From contig NC_042999.1 in assembly GCF_006345805.1 (NCBI RefSeq), forward strand, positions 38,006,001 through 38,070,000: a stretch of 64,000 bases of DNA, written 5' to 3'. Position numbers and translations under genes: made by a program. A model generated the notes under the pieces. The model did not search any database. It was not told where the DNA came from and worked only from the letters and a program-made list of their open reading frames with translations. Numbering within the stretch: position 1 is the first letter of the stretch; each line of letters opens with the position of its first letter. This DNA is from Octopus sinensis (lineage: Eukaryota). Below, piece after piece: positions 1 through 12,445 of the stretch.

Positions 1-350
1 GTTCAGTCCCACTGCGTTGCACCTTGGGCACGTGTCTTGTACTCTAGCCGCCTCGGGCCGATCAAAGCTTTGTGAGTGGATTTGGTAAGCAAAAGCTGAA
101 AGAAGCCCGTCGAATATTTATGCATACAGATCTATATATTTTTGTGTGTGTCTATGTTTGTCCCCTCGCAATTGCATGACAACCAGTGCTGTTCCATAAA
201 CCTAGCGTTTCGGTAAGAGAAACCGATAGAATAAGTACTAAGCTTTCAAAGAATAAGACCTGGGGTCGATTTCATTGACTAACATCCTTTCAGGCGGTGA
301 TCCATCATGGTTGCAGTCAGATGACCGAAACAAGTAAAAGAATAAAAGAG
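1..350 (+). mobile_element. tRNA-derived SINE, family A (octopus OK/OR-type), 5' end cut by the window edge
   Basis: B-box-like GTTCAGTCCC, then body ccttgggca..gtgagtggatttggta..gaaagaagcccgtcg, an internal TA/TG tract and a 3' part ending AAGTAAAAGAATAAAAGAG; same layout as the full copies at 30610 and 16647. Confidence 0.85.
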
Positions 351-594
351 AATATACACAGACATGCAGGAAGTAAATAGACACCTACATATATTACTAA
401 TGATCTGATAAAGCAGAGACCTTGAAAATGAAATACTACAAAGCAGTTATCAGTAGAACGTGCATTTAATATATAAAAAAAGATAATGATGAATTAATAA
501 GATATATTGACTGAAAAAATGACACACAACTAAACATAAGTTCTAATAAAAGCAATTAATGGGACGCCAAATTGACGGAATTATGACGTATGTA

Positions 595-820
595 CGTGCT
601 AAAAGCCCTTATAACTTTTTAATTTTTACGAATTTTTACAAAATGTTTTCGACTCTGTCTTCCGCATAATAGAATTGATTGTGGAAAAACAAGAAATATT
701 TTTTTAAAATTTCCCCCATCCCTCACACCCACACACAATATTTTTTCGGACAGTCCGAATCTACCATTCGTTTCTCTTTATAATTTCCAAATAATTTTTT
801 AAGACATCTATGGAAAAAAG
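595..820. repeat. Diverged dispersed repeat, inverted homolog of ~2120-2340 (and ~3140-3360)
   Basis: tacgtgctaaaagcccttataac..gcataatagaattgat..cccc aligns with the reverse complement of gggggattt..atcaattctattatgcag..gttatgaggggtttaagcacgtg. Confidence 0.6.
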
Positions 821-1273
821 TCAATTGACGTTATTCACACTTTTTCACATAATCCTTGACTTTATATGTGAAATGCCAGAGATATACTGCATGTCCATCA
901 ACAATATTAACAGACAGACAGCCGTACAGTATAGCCGAGTAGACGAAAGCCTTCTTTTTAAGAGGAAAAACTGAAGTTGGTAGAGTAGTGAAGAAGTTTT
1001 GAGTACTTGTTATTGTCGTACCCGACAGTTTGCCAGTTTAAACAATACGTATACACCCACGTAAGTATACATATTTATGTATATACAACAAAGCCTAATG
1101 GTATGAATTTTCTAAAACTCCTTTGCGGACAGACAGTTTTCACAATGAATTCCAATTTAATCGGAATCTACACAATCGGAAGCATATTTGTAGAAAATTT
1201 CATTAAGAAACATTCAATTTTCTCAAAGTTATGAAGAAACAAATCTTTGGGGTACAATTGAGTAGATGTGCCG

Positions 1274-1361
<88 letters not shown>

Positions 1362-1365
1362 TATA

Positions 1366-1662
1366 TAACCGTGATCACGTGATCAACCAGACTATCAGAT
1401 GGTGCTACACATCGCTGGTCACAATGCGCTTCGCATTGTTTTAGCCTTCAAGTGTCGCCACCCCGCTGGCAAAGCGAGCAGGCCAACAGAAGAAAGAGTG
1501 ACAGAAAGTTGTGGCGAAAGAGTACAGTAGGGATCGCAACCACCCCCTGCTGGAGCATCGTGGAGCTTTAGGTGTTTTCGCTCAATAAACACTCACAACG
1601 CCCGGTCTGGGAATCGAAACCGCGATCCTACAACCGCGAGTCCGCTGCCATTGCGCCTCCAC
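1366..1662 (-). mobile_element. tRNA-derived SINE, family B
   Basis: Minus-strand head GTGGAGGCGCAATGGC..GGTTTCGATTCCCAGACCGGGCG (A/B-box-like); tail GAAGGCTAAAACAATGCGAAGCGCATTGTGACCAGCGATG; second copy at 18520-18805. Confidence 0.85.
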
Positions 1663-1688
1663 ACATACATACACACACACACACACAC

Positions 1689-1750
<62 letters not shown>

Positions 1751-1784
1751 TACATACATATATATATCATAAATATATATATAT

Positions 1785-1816
<32 letters not shown>

Positions 1817-2603
1817 CATAATATATCTAAATGTATATGTATATATATATATATATTATATATATATATAAATCTCTAAAATACTAAATCTCTAAAAATG
1901 TATGTGTGTGTGTATATTTCTATATATTTCTATATGCATTTATACATGTATATATATATATATATAAGTTTCAGAAGATTTTAGAATAATGGAATAAAAT
2001 TCTGTCATAGTCAGAGATCTCTCCAAAATCTATTTCCTTAATTTTTAACTACTGTTTCTGGCACACATATTTACGCAATTTTGATTTTGAAGTATTTAAA
2101 CATTTAGTTGGATATTATAAAGAAAAACGAATGATATATTTGGATTGTTCGTATTTTAAAACCACGAATTAAAAAAAAAAAGAAACTATTTGTAGGGAGG
2201 TTGGGGGATTTAAAAAACAACAATTTTTTTTTGCATAATCGTATCAATTCTATTATGCAGAAGACAATCGAAAAAAATTTGTAAAAATTGGGGAAAATAA
2301 AAATAGTTATGAGGGGTTTAAGCACGTGCTTACATCACGATTCCGCTGAGTAAACACTATGCAATAGTTTTACATGTCTTATATCACAAAAGTGAACCAA
2401 ATCGTATTAATAGATCGTAAGATTGAACCGCGAAATAAAAAGAAATTCAAATAGCGTTGATGATAACCTTTGTTTTCGCGAATGCGCATCAGAATGTACT
2501 CCAGTCTAGAAAACGCTATAACAGCTTAATGTGTATCACTGGCCATGTGTATAAAGGACACACAGAGAAACATCTTTTCTTTTGAATATATATACTAATA
2601 ATC

Positions 2604-2657
<54 letters not shown>

Positions 2658-2732
2658 AAAGGGAGAATTCACAAAAAGAAAAACAAAAGACGAGACAGGT
2701 GGTGTACATACATACACACACACACACACACA

Positions 2733-2779
<47 letters not shown>

Positions 2780-2797
2780 CATATATATATCATAAAT

Positions 2798-2841
<44 letters not shown>

Positions 2842-2860
2842 ATATATCTAAATGTATATG

Positions 2861-2894
<34 letters not shown>

Positions 2895-3760
2895 AAATCT
2901 CTAAAATACTAAATCTCTAAAAATGTATGTGTGTGTGTATATTTCTATATATTTCTATATGCATTTATACATGTATATATATATATATATATAAGTTTCA
3001 GAAGATTTTAGAATAATGGAATAAAATTCTGTCATAGTAAGAGATCTCTCCAAAATCTATTTCCTTAATTTTTAACTACTGTTTCTGGCACACATATTTA
3101 CGCAATTTTGATTTTGAAGTATTTAAACATTTAGTTGGATATTATAAAGAAAAACGAATGATATATTTGGATTGTCCGTATTTTAAAACCACGAATTAAA
3201 AAAAAAAAGAAACCATTTGTAGGGAGGTTGGGGGATTTAAAAAACAACAATTTTTTTTGCATAATCGTATCAATTCTATTATGCAGAAGACAATCGAAAA
3301 AAATTTGTAAAAATTGGTGAAAATAAAAATAGTTATGAGGGGTTTAAGCACGTGCTTACATCACGATTCCGCTGAGTAAACACTATGCAATAGTTTTACA
3401 TGTCTTATATCACAAAAGCGAACCAAATCGTATTAATAGATCGTAAGATTGAACCGCGAAATAAAAAGAAATTCAAATAGCGTTGATGATAACCTTTGTT
3501 TTCGCGAATGCGCATCAGAATGTACTCCAGTCTAGAAAACGCTATAACAGCTTAATGTGTATCACTGGCCATGTGTATAAAGGACACACAGAGAAACATC
3601 TTTTCTTTTGAATATATATACTAATAATCCGATATATATATATATATATATAATATATATATAAAAGGGAGAATTCACAAAAAGAAAAACAAAAGACGAA
3701 GACAGGTGGTGTACATACATACACACACACACACACACAACACACACACACACACACATA
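1663..3760. repeat. ~1.05 kb tandem duplication (units ~1663-2709 and ~2710-3716, start of a third unit after that)
   Basis: Non-microsatellite parts ~1870-2710 and ~2897-3716 are colinear with only a few substitutions; junctions fall in (CA)n tracts. Confidence 0.9.
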
Positions 3761-3767
3761 TATATAT

Positions 3768-3943
3768 TTTTTTCCTCTGTCTTCCCTTCTCTGGATCTTT
3801 CCTTCTCCTATGTTTCCGACGAAGAGCTCCGCTCGAAACGTTAAACCCTCCTTCTTCCTTCTTTCCTGAGCGTCCAATAATACGTTATTTGTTCCACGTC
3901 CTCGCGTTGTTGTTTTTTTTTTTGTGTTTTCTTGTTTGGATTA

Positions 3944-3945
<2 letters not shown>
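3768..3945 (+). mobile_element. Short TA-flanked repeat, family H1, carrying a hammerhead-like fold (PLE terminal-repeat-like)
   Basis: Homologs at 15913-16108(-), ~57055-57218(+) and ~58307-58450(-); ends GTTTGGATTAAC directly into a TA tract. Confidence 0.75.
3812..3846 (+). ncRNA. Minimal type-I hammerhead-like motif, core variant CCGACGA
   Basis: gttt-CCGACGA-A-gagc(tcc)gctc-GAAA-CGTT-aaac: stem I gttt/aaac, stem II gagc/gctc, palindromic AACGTT in place of stem III. Confidence 0.6.
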
Positions 3946-3982
<37 letters not shown>

Positions 3983-3984
<2 letters not shown>

Positions 3985-4120
3985 GGAAAGTTTACGAAAA
4001 AAACAAAAGACGAAGACAAGTGGTGTACAAAACGAACAGATGTATTAGTATAAAGATCAGGAATAAAAAAAAGTCTTTTACCTTTCAAGCCTACGCTCTT
4101 CTACAGAAAGGTACACCGAA
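3983..4120 (-). mobile_element. Short TA-flanked repeat, family H2, with a degenerate hammerhead-like motif (4075-4110)
   Basis: Homolog of 42262-42425(+); minus strand cttt-CTGTAGA-A-gagc(gtag)gctt-GAAA-GGTA-aaag. Confidence 0.7.
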
Positions 4121-5112
4121 AAATATGTCCGTTGCGGTAACAAGTCTGCCAACTCTCCGCCTCCAGCACCGGAATAAACACAGACAAGCATTTTGTTTGG
4201 ATGTTATAACAGATAGTTATCATGACATTGAATTTAAAATTAAACATTGCATTCATCACAATCTAAAAATATGATTTTAAGATTTTCAAAACTCTTAGAT
4301 GCAATAACAAGCCTGCAATTTCGCTTTGGATAATAAAGAGCTGAATTCCAATGAATATAAACGTACAATGTAAAATGTGTACATGCTATTGACTATAGTA
4401 CAGATATTCTAATGCCGCGGTTCGTAATTAATCTACAGCAATACCTTGTAGCTATGTCAGTAGTAATTACTAGTATTATTGTTAATTTGACGTTGCTGTT
4501 GTTGTTGCAATTATTATTACTGTATAAATGTAACATGCCAGCAGAAGATTCCAATAAATCATAACTCGGAACTTAGTATGGTTTGCAACATATGACAGGC
4601 TTTCGTTAATTGCTTTTGTCGTCGCTACCAGACATTAAGATATTTGAGGAGAGGAAAAGCCAAGATACACGTAAAGACTAGAGACAGAGAGCGGTGCTGC
4701 GCAAGCACTTGTGCTGGTAATCATTTGCGAATGTTTAGACCGGAGGAATATAAAACGAATTCGTTTGTCCTAGCGCGCAACAAGCGAACCTTTGAACATG
4801 TGAATCTCTCAAGCAACACTCTTAACAACCAGGCCACGCTCCTCTACTATGCAAATATTTTATGCGTAATATGTGTATACGGGAATATTCTATAAATATA
4901 CATATGATACGGAACAACTCTCTTCCATTTTATTAACACTTAAAATCACAAAGACATTACTTCAAATGTAACTTTAACGTGCAAGGAAAATGTCATTTAA
5001 GAAGTTGAAAAACACGAAAACAAAAGTGATTTTACTTTTCTATTTCCTATTTTTTAATGTTTGCTTCCTTCGCTTATACTTGTCTTAGTTCTTCGAATTC
5101 TTGAACCTCTTC

Positions 5113-5398
<286 letters not shown>

Positions 5399-5799
5399 TC
5401 CTATTATCTTGCCTGCTGGCAATAATATGTCTTTTGCAGATTGAATTACTGAAACAGAGAAAAATAAAAGAAAAAAAAAAGAAAAAAACTTTAGCAATAC
5501 AAAAATAAAATCAAACAATCTTTGCTAATAGTTCTAACGGTTGTCTTAATAAAATCAAATGTATTCAATAGAGAACCTGATTGTTGCTTTTTTTTATTTT
5601 CTAACTTTGGAGTTTTGGAAATTCTGTAAATTAAAAATAAATTAATATGAAATAAGAACGGAAATCTAATAAAAAAAAACAAGATATCAAAGAAAACGCA
5701 CAAAGATACATATTCATCAAAAAAGCTAAAAAATAAAATTATATATATTCGTACATATATGTATGTTTGTATGCATGAATGTATGTGTCTATGTATGAA

Positions 5800-5833
<34 letters not shown>

Positions 5834-6530
5834 TGTGTGTGTGTGTGCATGTGTGTGTGTATAAATTGACTTTTATAGAAGTTTTAGATTCAGGATTCTC
5901 TAAGAATGGAAATGTAATGTTTATTTATTCATAATATTGAAAATTAAATAAAGTAAAGAATTAAATAGTCAAAAAAAATAATGTCAAGAACACCTAAAAG
6001 ATATCAGTGAATAAAATTAATGCTGAAGTCTTTGATTAACAAGCAGAATTTGCAGGAAAGAACTGTAGAATTGAAATTCTTTCCGTTAGATTCTCTTCGA
6101 AGTTTATCTTTATATTATTTCTTTTTCTCTCTGCAAGATTCTTTGTTTTATTTCCATTTAAAAATGTAGAATTAAGAATCAAATGTACACTTTAAATATT
6201 CCAGCATACTTTCATTTGTTTACGTAGATGGTTATAAAACCACGCACTCAAATGCGTACACACATACATGCACACACAGATTAAACACATACACATAGCA
6301 ATTGTACGAATTATGTTAGTATATAAACATAAAATATATATATATATATATAATATATATCTATATATCTAATATACATATATATATAGTTATATATATA
6401 TATATATCTATATATGCATAAGTGTATGTAGTGTATATATATACTGCGTGATGTATGCCGATGATGGTATAGCTGCGGTTGCGTGTGTATGTGCGTGGTA
6501 TGTGGCACCTATATGTGTGATATGTGTGTG

Positions 6531-6574
<44 letters not shown>

Positions 6575-7006
6575 ATATATACAAGTACACATACATACAT
6601 ACATATATACATATATGTATATATATATACATATACATTCATATATACTTATATATACATACACCGATAGAGAGAGAGAGAAAGAGAGAAAGAGAGAGAG
6701 ATATGTACACCGCTTACGCTCTTTCGTAAATGTCTATTATATAAATGCATAGACACACGCTTATACACATACTTTTATACGTCCAAAAAATCTTAAACAA
6801 TCGTACAATACAGACACATATATACATACACTAACACGCACGCACCCAAACATCTATATGCATATACACAACGTAAACTTTCTCTGCCTTTTCCTATGAT
6901 TAAATGACTAACTAATTCGTTCGTTTGGAGAAGATACCCTTGTATATATATATATATATTATATATAATATATATATATATATATATACATATCTTTATA
7001 CATATA

Positions 7007-7037
<31 letters not shown>

Positions 7038-7504
7038 CATATCTTTATACAGATATATATATATGTAAATATATATATCTCTATAATAAAACTGTCTCTA
7101 TATATAAAACTGAAATGCGTTTTTACCGCTTGGTTCGCTTTCAATGCCACTACATCCCGTCCGATTCGCTCCAAAATTTACACGGACATGTAGAATGAGG
7201 TGACGATGCGCGTGGGCTACCTTAGAAATCCCTATCTTAAAAGGTGTGGTTGCTAGGGGCCATCTTCCTCACTCACCCTATTTCCTCCTTTCCCTCTCTT
7301 ACTCCTCTTCATAGCTTTCAGAAGTCCACTACGGTTATTTAAAGTATCTGTCACTATCGCTATTTCCTTTCTTTTTCACTGACTCTGTTTCCTACCTTCC
7401 TATCACTTCGGCGGCGTTCTTTTAAGTATATGTCTGTCACCAACAATCAACACACGAGCATGAGAACAAATATTATGAATCAGATATTCTTGCGTTCATT
7501 CATA

Positions 7505-7727
7505 TGTGTGTGTGTGTGTGTTCTATATATATATATGTATATATAATGTATGTGTGTGTGTGTGTTCTATATATAAATATGTATATATAATGTATGTGTG
7601 TGTGTGTTCTATATATAAATATGTATATATAATGTATGTGTGTGTGTGTTCTATATATAAATATGTATATATAATGTATGTGTGTGTGTGTGTGTGTGTT
7701 CTATATATAAATATGTATATATAATGT
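7505..7727. repeat. ~42-bp minisatellite, about 5 units, built from TG/TA modules
   Basis: Unit (tg)n-ttctatatataaatatgtatatataatgta repeated in tandem. Confidence 0.9.
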
Positions 7728-7877
7728 ATATATACAAAGTGTATATATCTGTATTTATGTATATTAAACTTTTTCATACTTTTTCATAGTTATATATATT
7801 TTTAAACAAATTATAAATATAATTTCATAATTTTTATTATCAATTTAAATAATTTAAAGTTTTCAATTTTATTTTTA

Positions 7878-8378
7878 CTAGCAGTATCGCCGGCGTTGCT
7901 CGGGTTTGTAAGGGAAATAACTATATAAGCATTTTTAGTGAGTTATAGCAAAAAAAATAGCAAAAAATGCATTAAAGATGGAATAAAAAATGATAGTAAC
8001 TTCTTTTTTAAATCGTTGACTCATCGTAGACATTTTTAGAGAGTTACTTCCCTTATATAATAGCGAAAAATGCATTAAAATGGAATAAAAAAATGATGGT
8101 AATTTTTTTTTTAATCGTTGACTCATCGTAGACATTTTTAGAGAGTTACTTCCCTTATATAATAGCGAAAAATGAATTAAAATGGAATGAAAAATGATGG
8201 TAATTTTTTTTTTAAATCGTAGACTCATCGTAGACGCGCGCTAATATCCAGAAGGGCTCGATATGAATCACGACTATAAGATACCCGGTTTTGGTTACAC
8301 TGCACCGCAAAATGTGGGAGTAGTTAGGAATCTAAATCGTAGGAGACAGACACACAACCTTACTTTTATATATAAAGA
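7878..8378 (-). mobile_element. Non-autonomous Helitron with three internal ~102-bp tandem units
   Basis: Minus strand begins TC(TTTATATATAAAA) after A and ends GC hairpin CCCGAGCAACGCCG-GCGATACTG-CTAG before T; homologous to 14499-14895. Confidence 0.85.
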
Positions 8379-8676
8379 TTTGTGCAACAACTAAAACATT
8401 TGGTTGTGCAAATTGTTTGCACAGGAAACCTGCCCTGTGTGGCGGTTTTTGTCGTTTTGGTGGATCTGTTTCAGCTTTTTTAGCGATTTCTGTTTTGGCG
8501 ACTTCAAGCCATGAAGTCGTTGTTCTAAAAGAACGCTGGTCTCCTTCACAACGCATTACGACTTTGATTTCCTTACACTCCCTTCTCCACAGTTTCACGA
8601 GGGAGGGAAGAAGGGGGAGAAGCAACACAGGTGCAGGCGTGAGCGTGGACGCCAACTCCGCCGCCATCGACACACG

Positions 8677-8894
8677 AAAAAATATGCATTAAAATGGAAT
8701 AAAAAATGATGTTAAATTTTTTTTTAAATCGTACACTCATCGTAGACGCGCGCTAATACCCAGACGGGCTCGATATGAATCACGACTATAAGATACCCGA
8801 ATTTGGTTAAACTGCACCGCAAAATTTGGGAGTAGTTAGGAATCTAAATCGAAGGGGACAGACACTCACACAACTACAGTTTTATATATATAGA
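8677..8894 (-). mobile_element. Second 5' segment of the same Helitron family, with no CTAG end of its own
   Basis: Repeats ~8168-8378 (gcgcgctaat..gatacccg..ctgcaccgcaaaat..ggagtagttaggaatctaaatcg); minus strand starts TCTATATATATAAAA. Confidence 0.8.
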
Positions 8895-9037
8895 TATATT
8901 TTCTATGTTATATTTTCTTTTTTTATGTTTTTGTTTTTGGTTTTTCACTGTTTGATTTGCCTATTAGTGGTTTTATCTCTAATTTAATTTATACAGATAT
9001 ATATCTCATTTGTATACATTTGTATATATAATGCGTG

Positions 9038-9073
<36 letters not shown>

Positions 9074-9344
9074 CACATATATATATATATACACATATAT
9101 ATATATATGTGTGCATTACGTAGTCGGTCAATTCACCTGAAAATATGCACACCTATGTTAAAGGTGCTGACAAGTTTGCATCACAACTATTTTGTTCCTC
9201 AAATGAAAGGCGTCACCTCTAGGACAAAATTCCTCATCTTATAAAATGTGGCCCCAGTACCCCCGAATGAAATCGGGTTATATTAACCAAAATGTGAAAA
9301 GGGGTCTAAATGGGGCTGGAAGGGGATTAAAATTTCAAAGAGCG

Positions 9345-9630
9345 GGTGTTTACGAATTCTCAGTTGCATCAAGCTAAAAAATTTGCGCCAGCCTTTTAAT
9401 CGTCAATGTGTTGCCGTCCATGATAAAGAAGTTTTGAATGCTTGCCATGGTGAGTCTACTGTCGTGAGAAAGAATCACTTCAAAACTTGGTGTTTACGAA
9501 TTTTCTTTTACATCAAGTTCAAAATTTTACGCCAGCCGTTAAACTGTCACTACGTTGCTGTCCGTCGTTAACAAATGCCAGCCATGGTGACTCTACTATC
9601 CTCAGATTCTATCCCTTCAAACTTTGGTTT
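9345..9630. repeat. Two diverged ~144-bp tandem units, probably inside a non-autonomous DNA element
   Basis: GGTGTTTACGAATT..CATCAAG..CGCCAGCC..GCCATGGTGA.TCTACT recurs at 9345 and 9489. Confidence 0.75.
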
Positions 9631-9904
9631 CCAATATTTTATTATTTTTATTCAGCTCGCAAGTTCGTCTGTCCCTTTTGAATGTTAGCGTTTTGCTGTC
9701 TGCCTTGAAGCAGACCTTTCCATTGCCACTGCCTCATATTTCTGATTGATCTTTCTAAATATTTTATTTCTCAACTTACTCAAGATCTTCTGTTGTTTAT
9801 AAATGGGAGAGAGATAGATAAAGATAGAGAGTAAGAGAAAGCGAGGGAGAGTCAGAGAGAAAAGAAAAGTAAGAGAGAAAGGAGAGAGAAACAAATACGG
9901 AGAA

Positions 9905-10215
9905 TCATCATCATCATCATCGTTTAACGTCCGTTTTCCGTGCTAGCACGGGTTGGGCAGTGTGACCGGGGTCTGGGAAGCCAGGAGGCTGCACCAGGCT
10001 CCAGTCTGATCTGGCAGTGTTTCTACAGGTGGATGACCTTCCTAACGCCAACAACACTGTGAGTGTAGCGAGTGCTCTTTTCGTGCCGCAGGCACTGGTG
10101 CCAGGGGGGCTCGCAGTGGCAACGATCGGTTGGTGCTTTTTACGTGCCACCAGCACAGAAGCAAGTCAATGCGGTGCTGCAATCGGCCACGTTCGGATGG
10201 TGCTTTTTACGTGCT
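9905..10215 (-). mobile_element. 3' part of a SINE/LINE with an RTE-like tail
   Basis: Minus-strand 3' end GGAAAACGGACGTTAAACGATGATGATGATG; internal GTGCT(C/T)TTT(T/A)CGTGC motif occurs three times. Confidence 0.6.
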
Positions 10216-10323
10216 GAAAGGAAGCAACAGAAAGTAACACCCACTCTTACCCGCGCGTAGAGCGGGTCACCTTCAGCTAGTATATTATATATACTTACAT
10301 TTACGTATATATGTATATATGTA

Positions 10324-10385
<62 letters not shown>

Positions 10386-10395
10386 ATATATATAA

Positions 10396-10428
<33 letters not shown>

Positions 10429-10460
10429 ATTATATATATATATATATATTATTATTATTA

Positions 10461-11107
10461 TACATATTATTTGTGAAGCAGAGATCCAGTGTGTTACCTG
10501 CTCTGGTTGGTTGCAGTATTACTTGCTCCATGTACAGGGGGTTGGTGAGGTTCAGGAGGGACCTCGCCTGTCCACGTTCACATCTTGTTATTCCTGGGAG
10601 AGAAAGGCCCTCGGGCCATCTGACATTCGGTATATTGAAGTCTCCCATGAGAAGTACACTTATGTGTTGTTCTAATGTGGTTAGAACTTCTATTTTTAAA
10701 AGGCAGTCCTCAAACTTGCCCATATGACTTGGGGCATCTGGAGGGCGATATGTAGCACACACAACTACATCAAGTTGCCTTATGTGTACAATTAGTGTGT
10801 CACAAACCGAGTTTGAGTATGACAAAAGGACCTGGGGTGTGAGGTCCCCACAGATGTACATAGCAACTCCTCCATGACTCCTTTCTTTCCTGTCGGTCCG
10901 TAGTACAACATACTGTGGTATGTGTAATTCCGCATCTGCTATGTTCGGTTTCAGATGCGTTTCTGTGAGTGCTATGCATAAGGCTTGATTGCATGCGACA
11001 AAGTCTCTCAGGAACGGGACTTTTGTCCTGTTACTGTGTGTTAGTAGTCCTCTGATGTTCAGTAGGAGCATCGAGGTGAGGTGTATGCTGTTGCCGGCGG
11101 TGTCCAC
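10461..11107 (-). mobile_element. Non-LTR retrotransposon APE-type endonuclease domain (CR1/L2/Jockey-like LINE fragment)
   Basis: ORF 10430-11107 has the EEP motifs LLNIRGL, ALTETHL, DR..GGVAMYI, TYRPP, MGDFNIP and PTRAGNTLDLCFTNN; it runs into a TA tract right after the last motif. Confidence 0.9.
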
Positions 11108-11960
11108 CCTGGGTCCATCTGCTGTGGCGGTCTTGTGAACTGTATTACAACTTTATCTGCTTAAGCACTTCAATTCTGCGTGTGTACATATATTTACTCG
11201 TTTGCTGACATTTATGAATGGTTTCTGCCATTGTTTTTATGTAGCATTTTCTATCATTATAGAACTGGTGGCATTTATGACGACACGTTTAGGCTAGTTG
11301 AATTATAGTTTACGTGGCTGAGTATACAGTAGCACTTGTACATTCCATATAATTCTCAAACACTAAGAATTTTCGAAGCAGACCAACACGAGAAGTGTCT
11401 GGTTATTACAGGTTTGGGCTAAGAAGTGTGACTGACATACATACAAACTCACACACACCACACACACACACAGTCAGTACACTCATATTTGTATATATAT
11501 ATTTAAATGTACGTGTATGAGAGTGCATGTGAGTGTGCCTTTGTATATGTATGTATATGTATTATATACTCACATATATATACATACATTTATATATACA
11601 TATACATAAGGTGTACATATATACATAACTATATATAAATGTGTATATGTGGGTGTTTATGAATGTGTTGCTGATGTAAAAAGAATGCAGTAGATTTTGA
11701 GAGAACGTGTAATAACACTTTTTGGGAATGGTTTCTCGAGCATATAAAGATTTATAAATAATTATGTAAACATACTCACTTCTAACTTTGTGTTACATTT
11801 ATGTTATACGGACATGGTTCTTACATCTCAAATTCTTATATATATGTATATATATATACACATACATTCATATATATATAATATATATTATATATATATA
11901 TATAGATAGATGGATAGATGGATAGATAGATTGATGGATAGACAGATAGATAGCGTTATG

Positions 11961-12017
<57 letters not shown>

Positions 12018-12019
12018 AT

Positions 12020-12255
12020 AATAATATTAGGGAATAAATCCAAATTTACAGGGAAAAAATCAGATTTAGGATTAAATCCAATTTTATAGTAAAATATTAT
12101 AAAATATATTAGAGACAAAACCACTATTTTGCAAAACAACAAGGAAGACTTAATCAATACATAAAATTTTAATAAATAGTCAAAAAAACCGCCACTACAA
12201 TTGTTTCTTGTCTTGATCGACAATCTTCAGGTGGACTTCCATAAGTCAGTTTCAA
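12020..12255 (-). mobile_element. Short TA-flanked element (family H5) containing a canonical hammerhead
   Basis: Bounded by TA-rich tracts; hammerhead near the minus-strand 5' end; TTGGATTTA motifs near the 3' end resemble the H1 terminus. Confidence 0.55.
12192..12234 (-). ncRNA. Minimal type-I hammerhead ribozyme with a canonical core
   Basis: Minus strand ccac-CUGAAGA-uuguc(gaucaa)gacaa-GAAA-C(aauu)GUA-gugg: perfect stem I (4 bp) and stem II (5 bp), stem III inside the palindrome ACAAUUGU, GUA cleavage triplet. Confidence 0.8.
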
Positions 12256-12275
12256 ATTATGAATATATATATATG

Positions 12276-12338
<63 letters not shown>

Positions 12339-12383
12339 GGATAGATAGATAGATAGATAAATAGACAGATAGATAGCTTTATA

Positions 12384-12445
<62 letters not shown>

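Noticed and set aside
7078-7260. Possible Helitron 5' end (TCTCTATAATAAAA/TCTCTATATATAAAA)
   Set aside because: No matching hairpin-CTAG end was found and no second copy occurs in the window.
7505-9630. Repeat arrays superficially resembling CRISPR
   Set aside because: Eukaryotic context, no unique spacers of regular length and no cas genes.
11330-11410. Possible upstream exon ending ..EKCLVIT-G, in phase with 25442
   Set aside because: No adequate acceptor gives an open frame.
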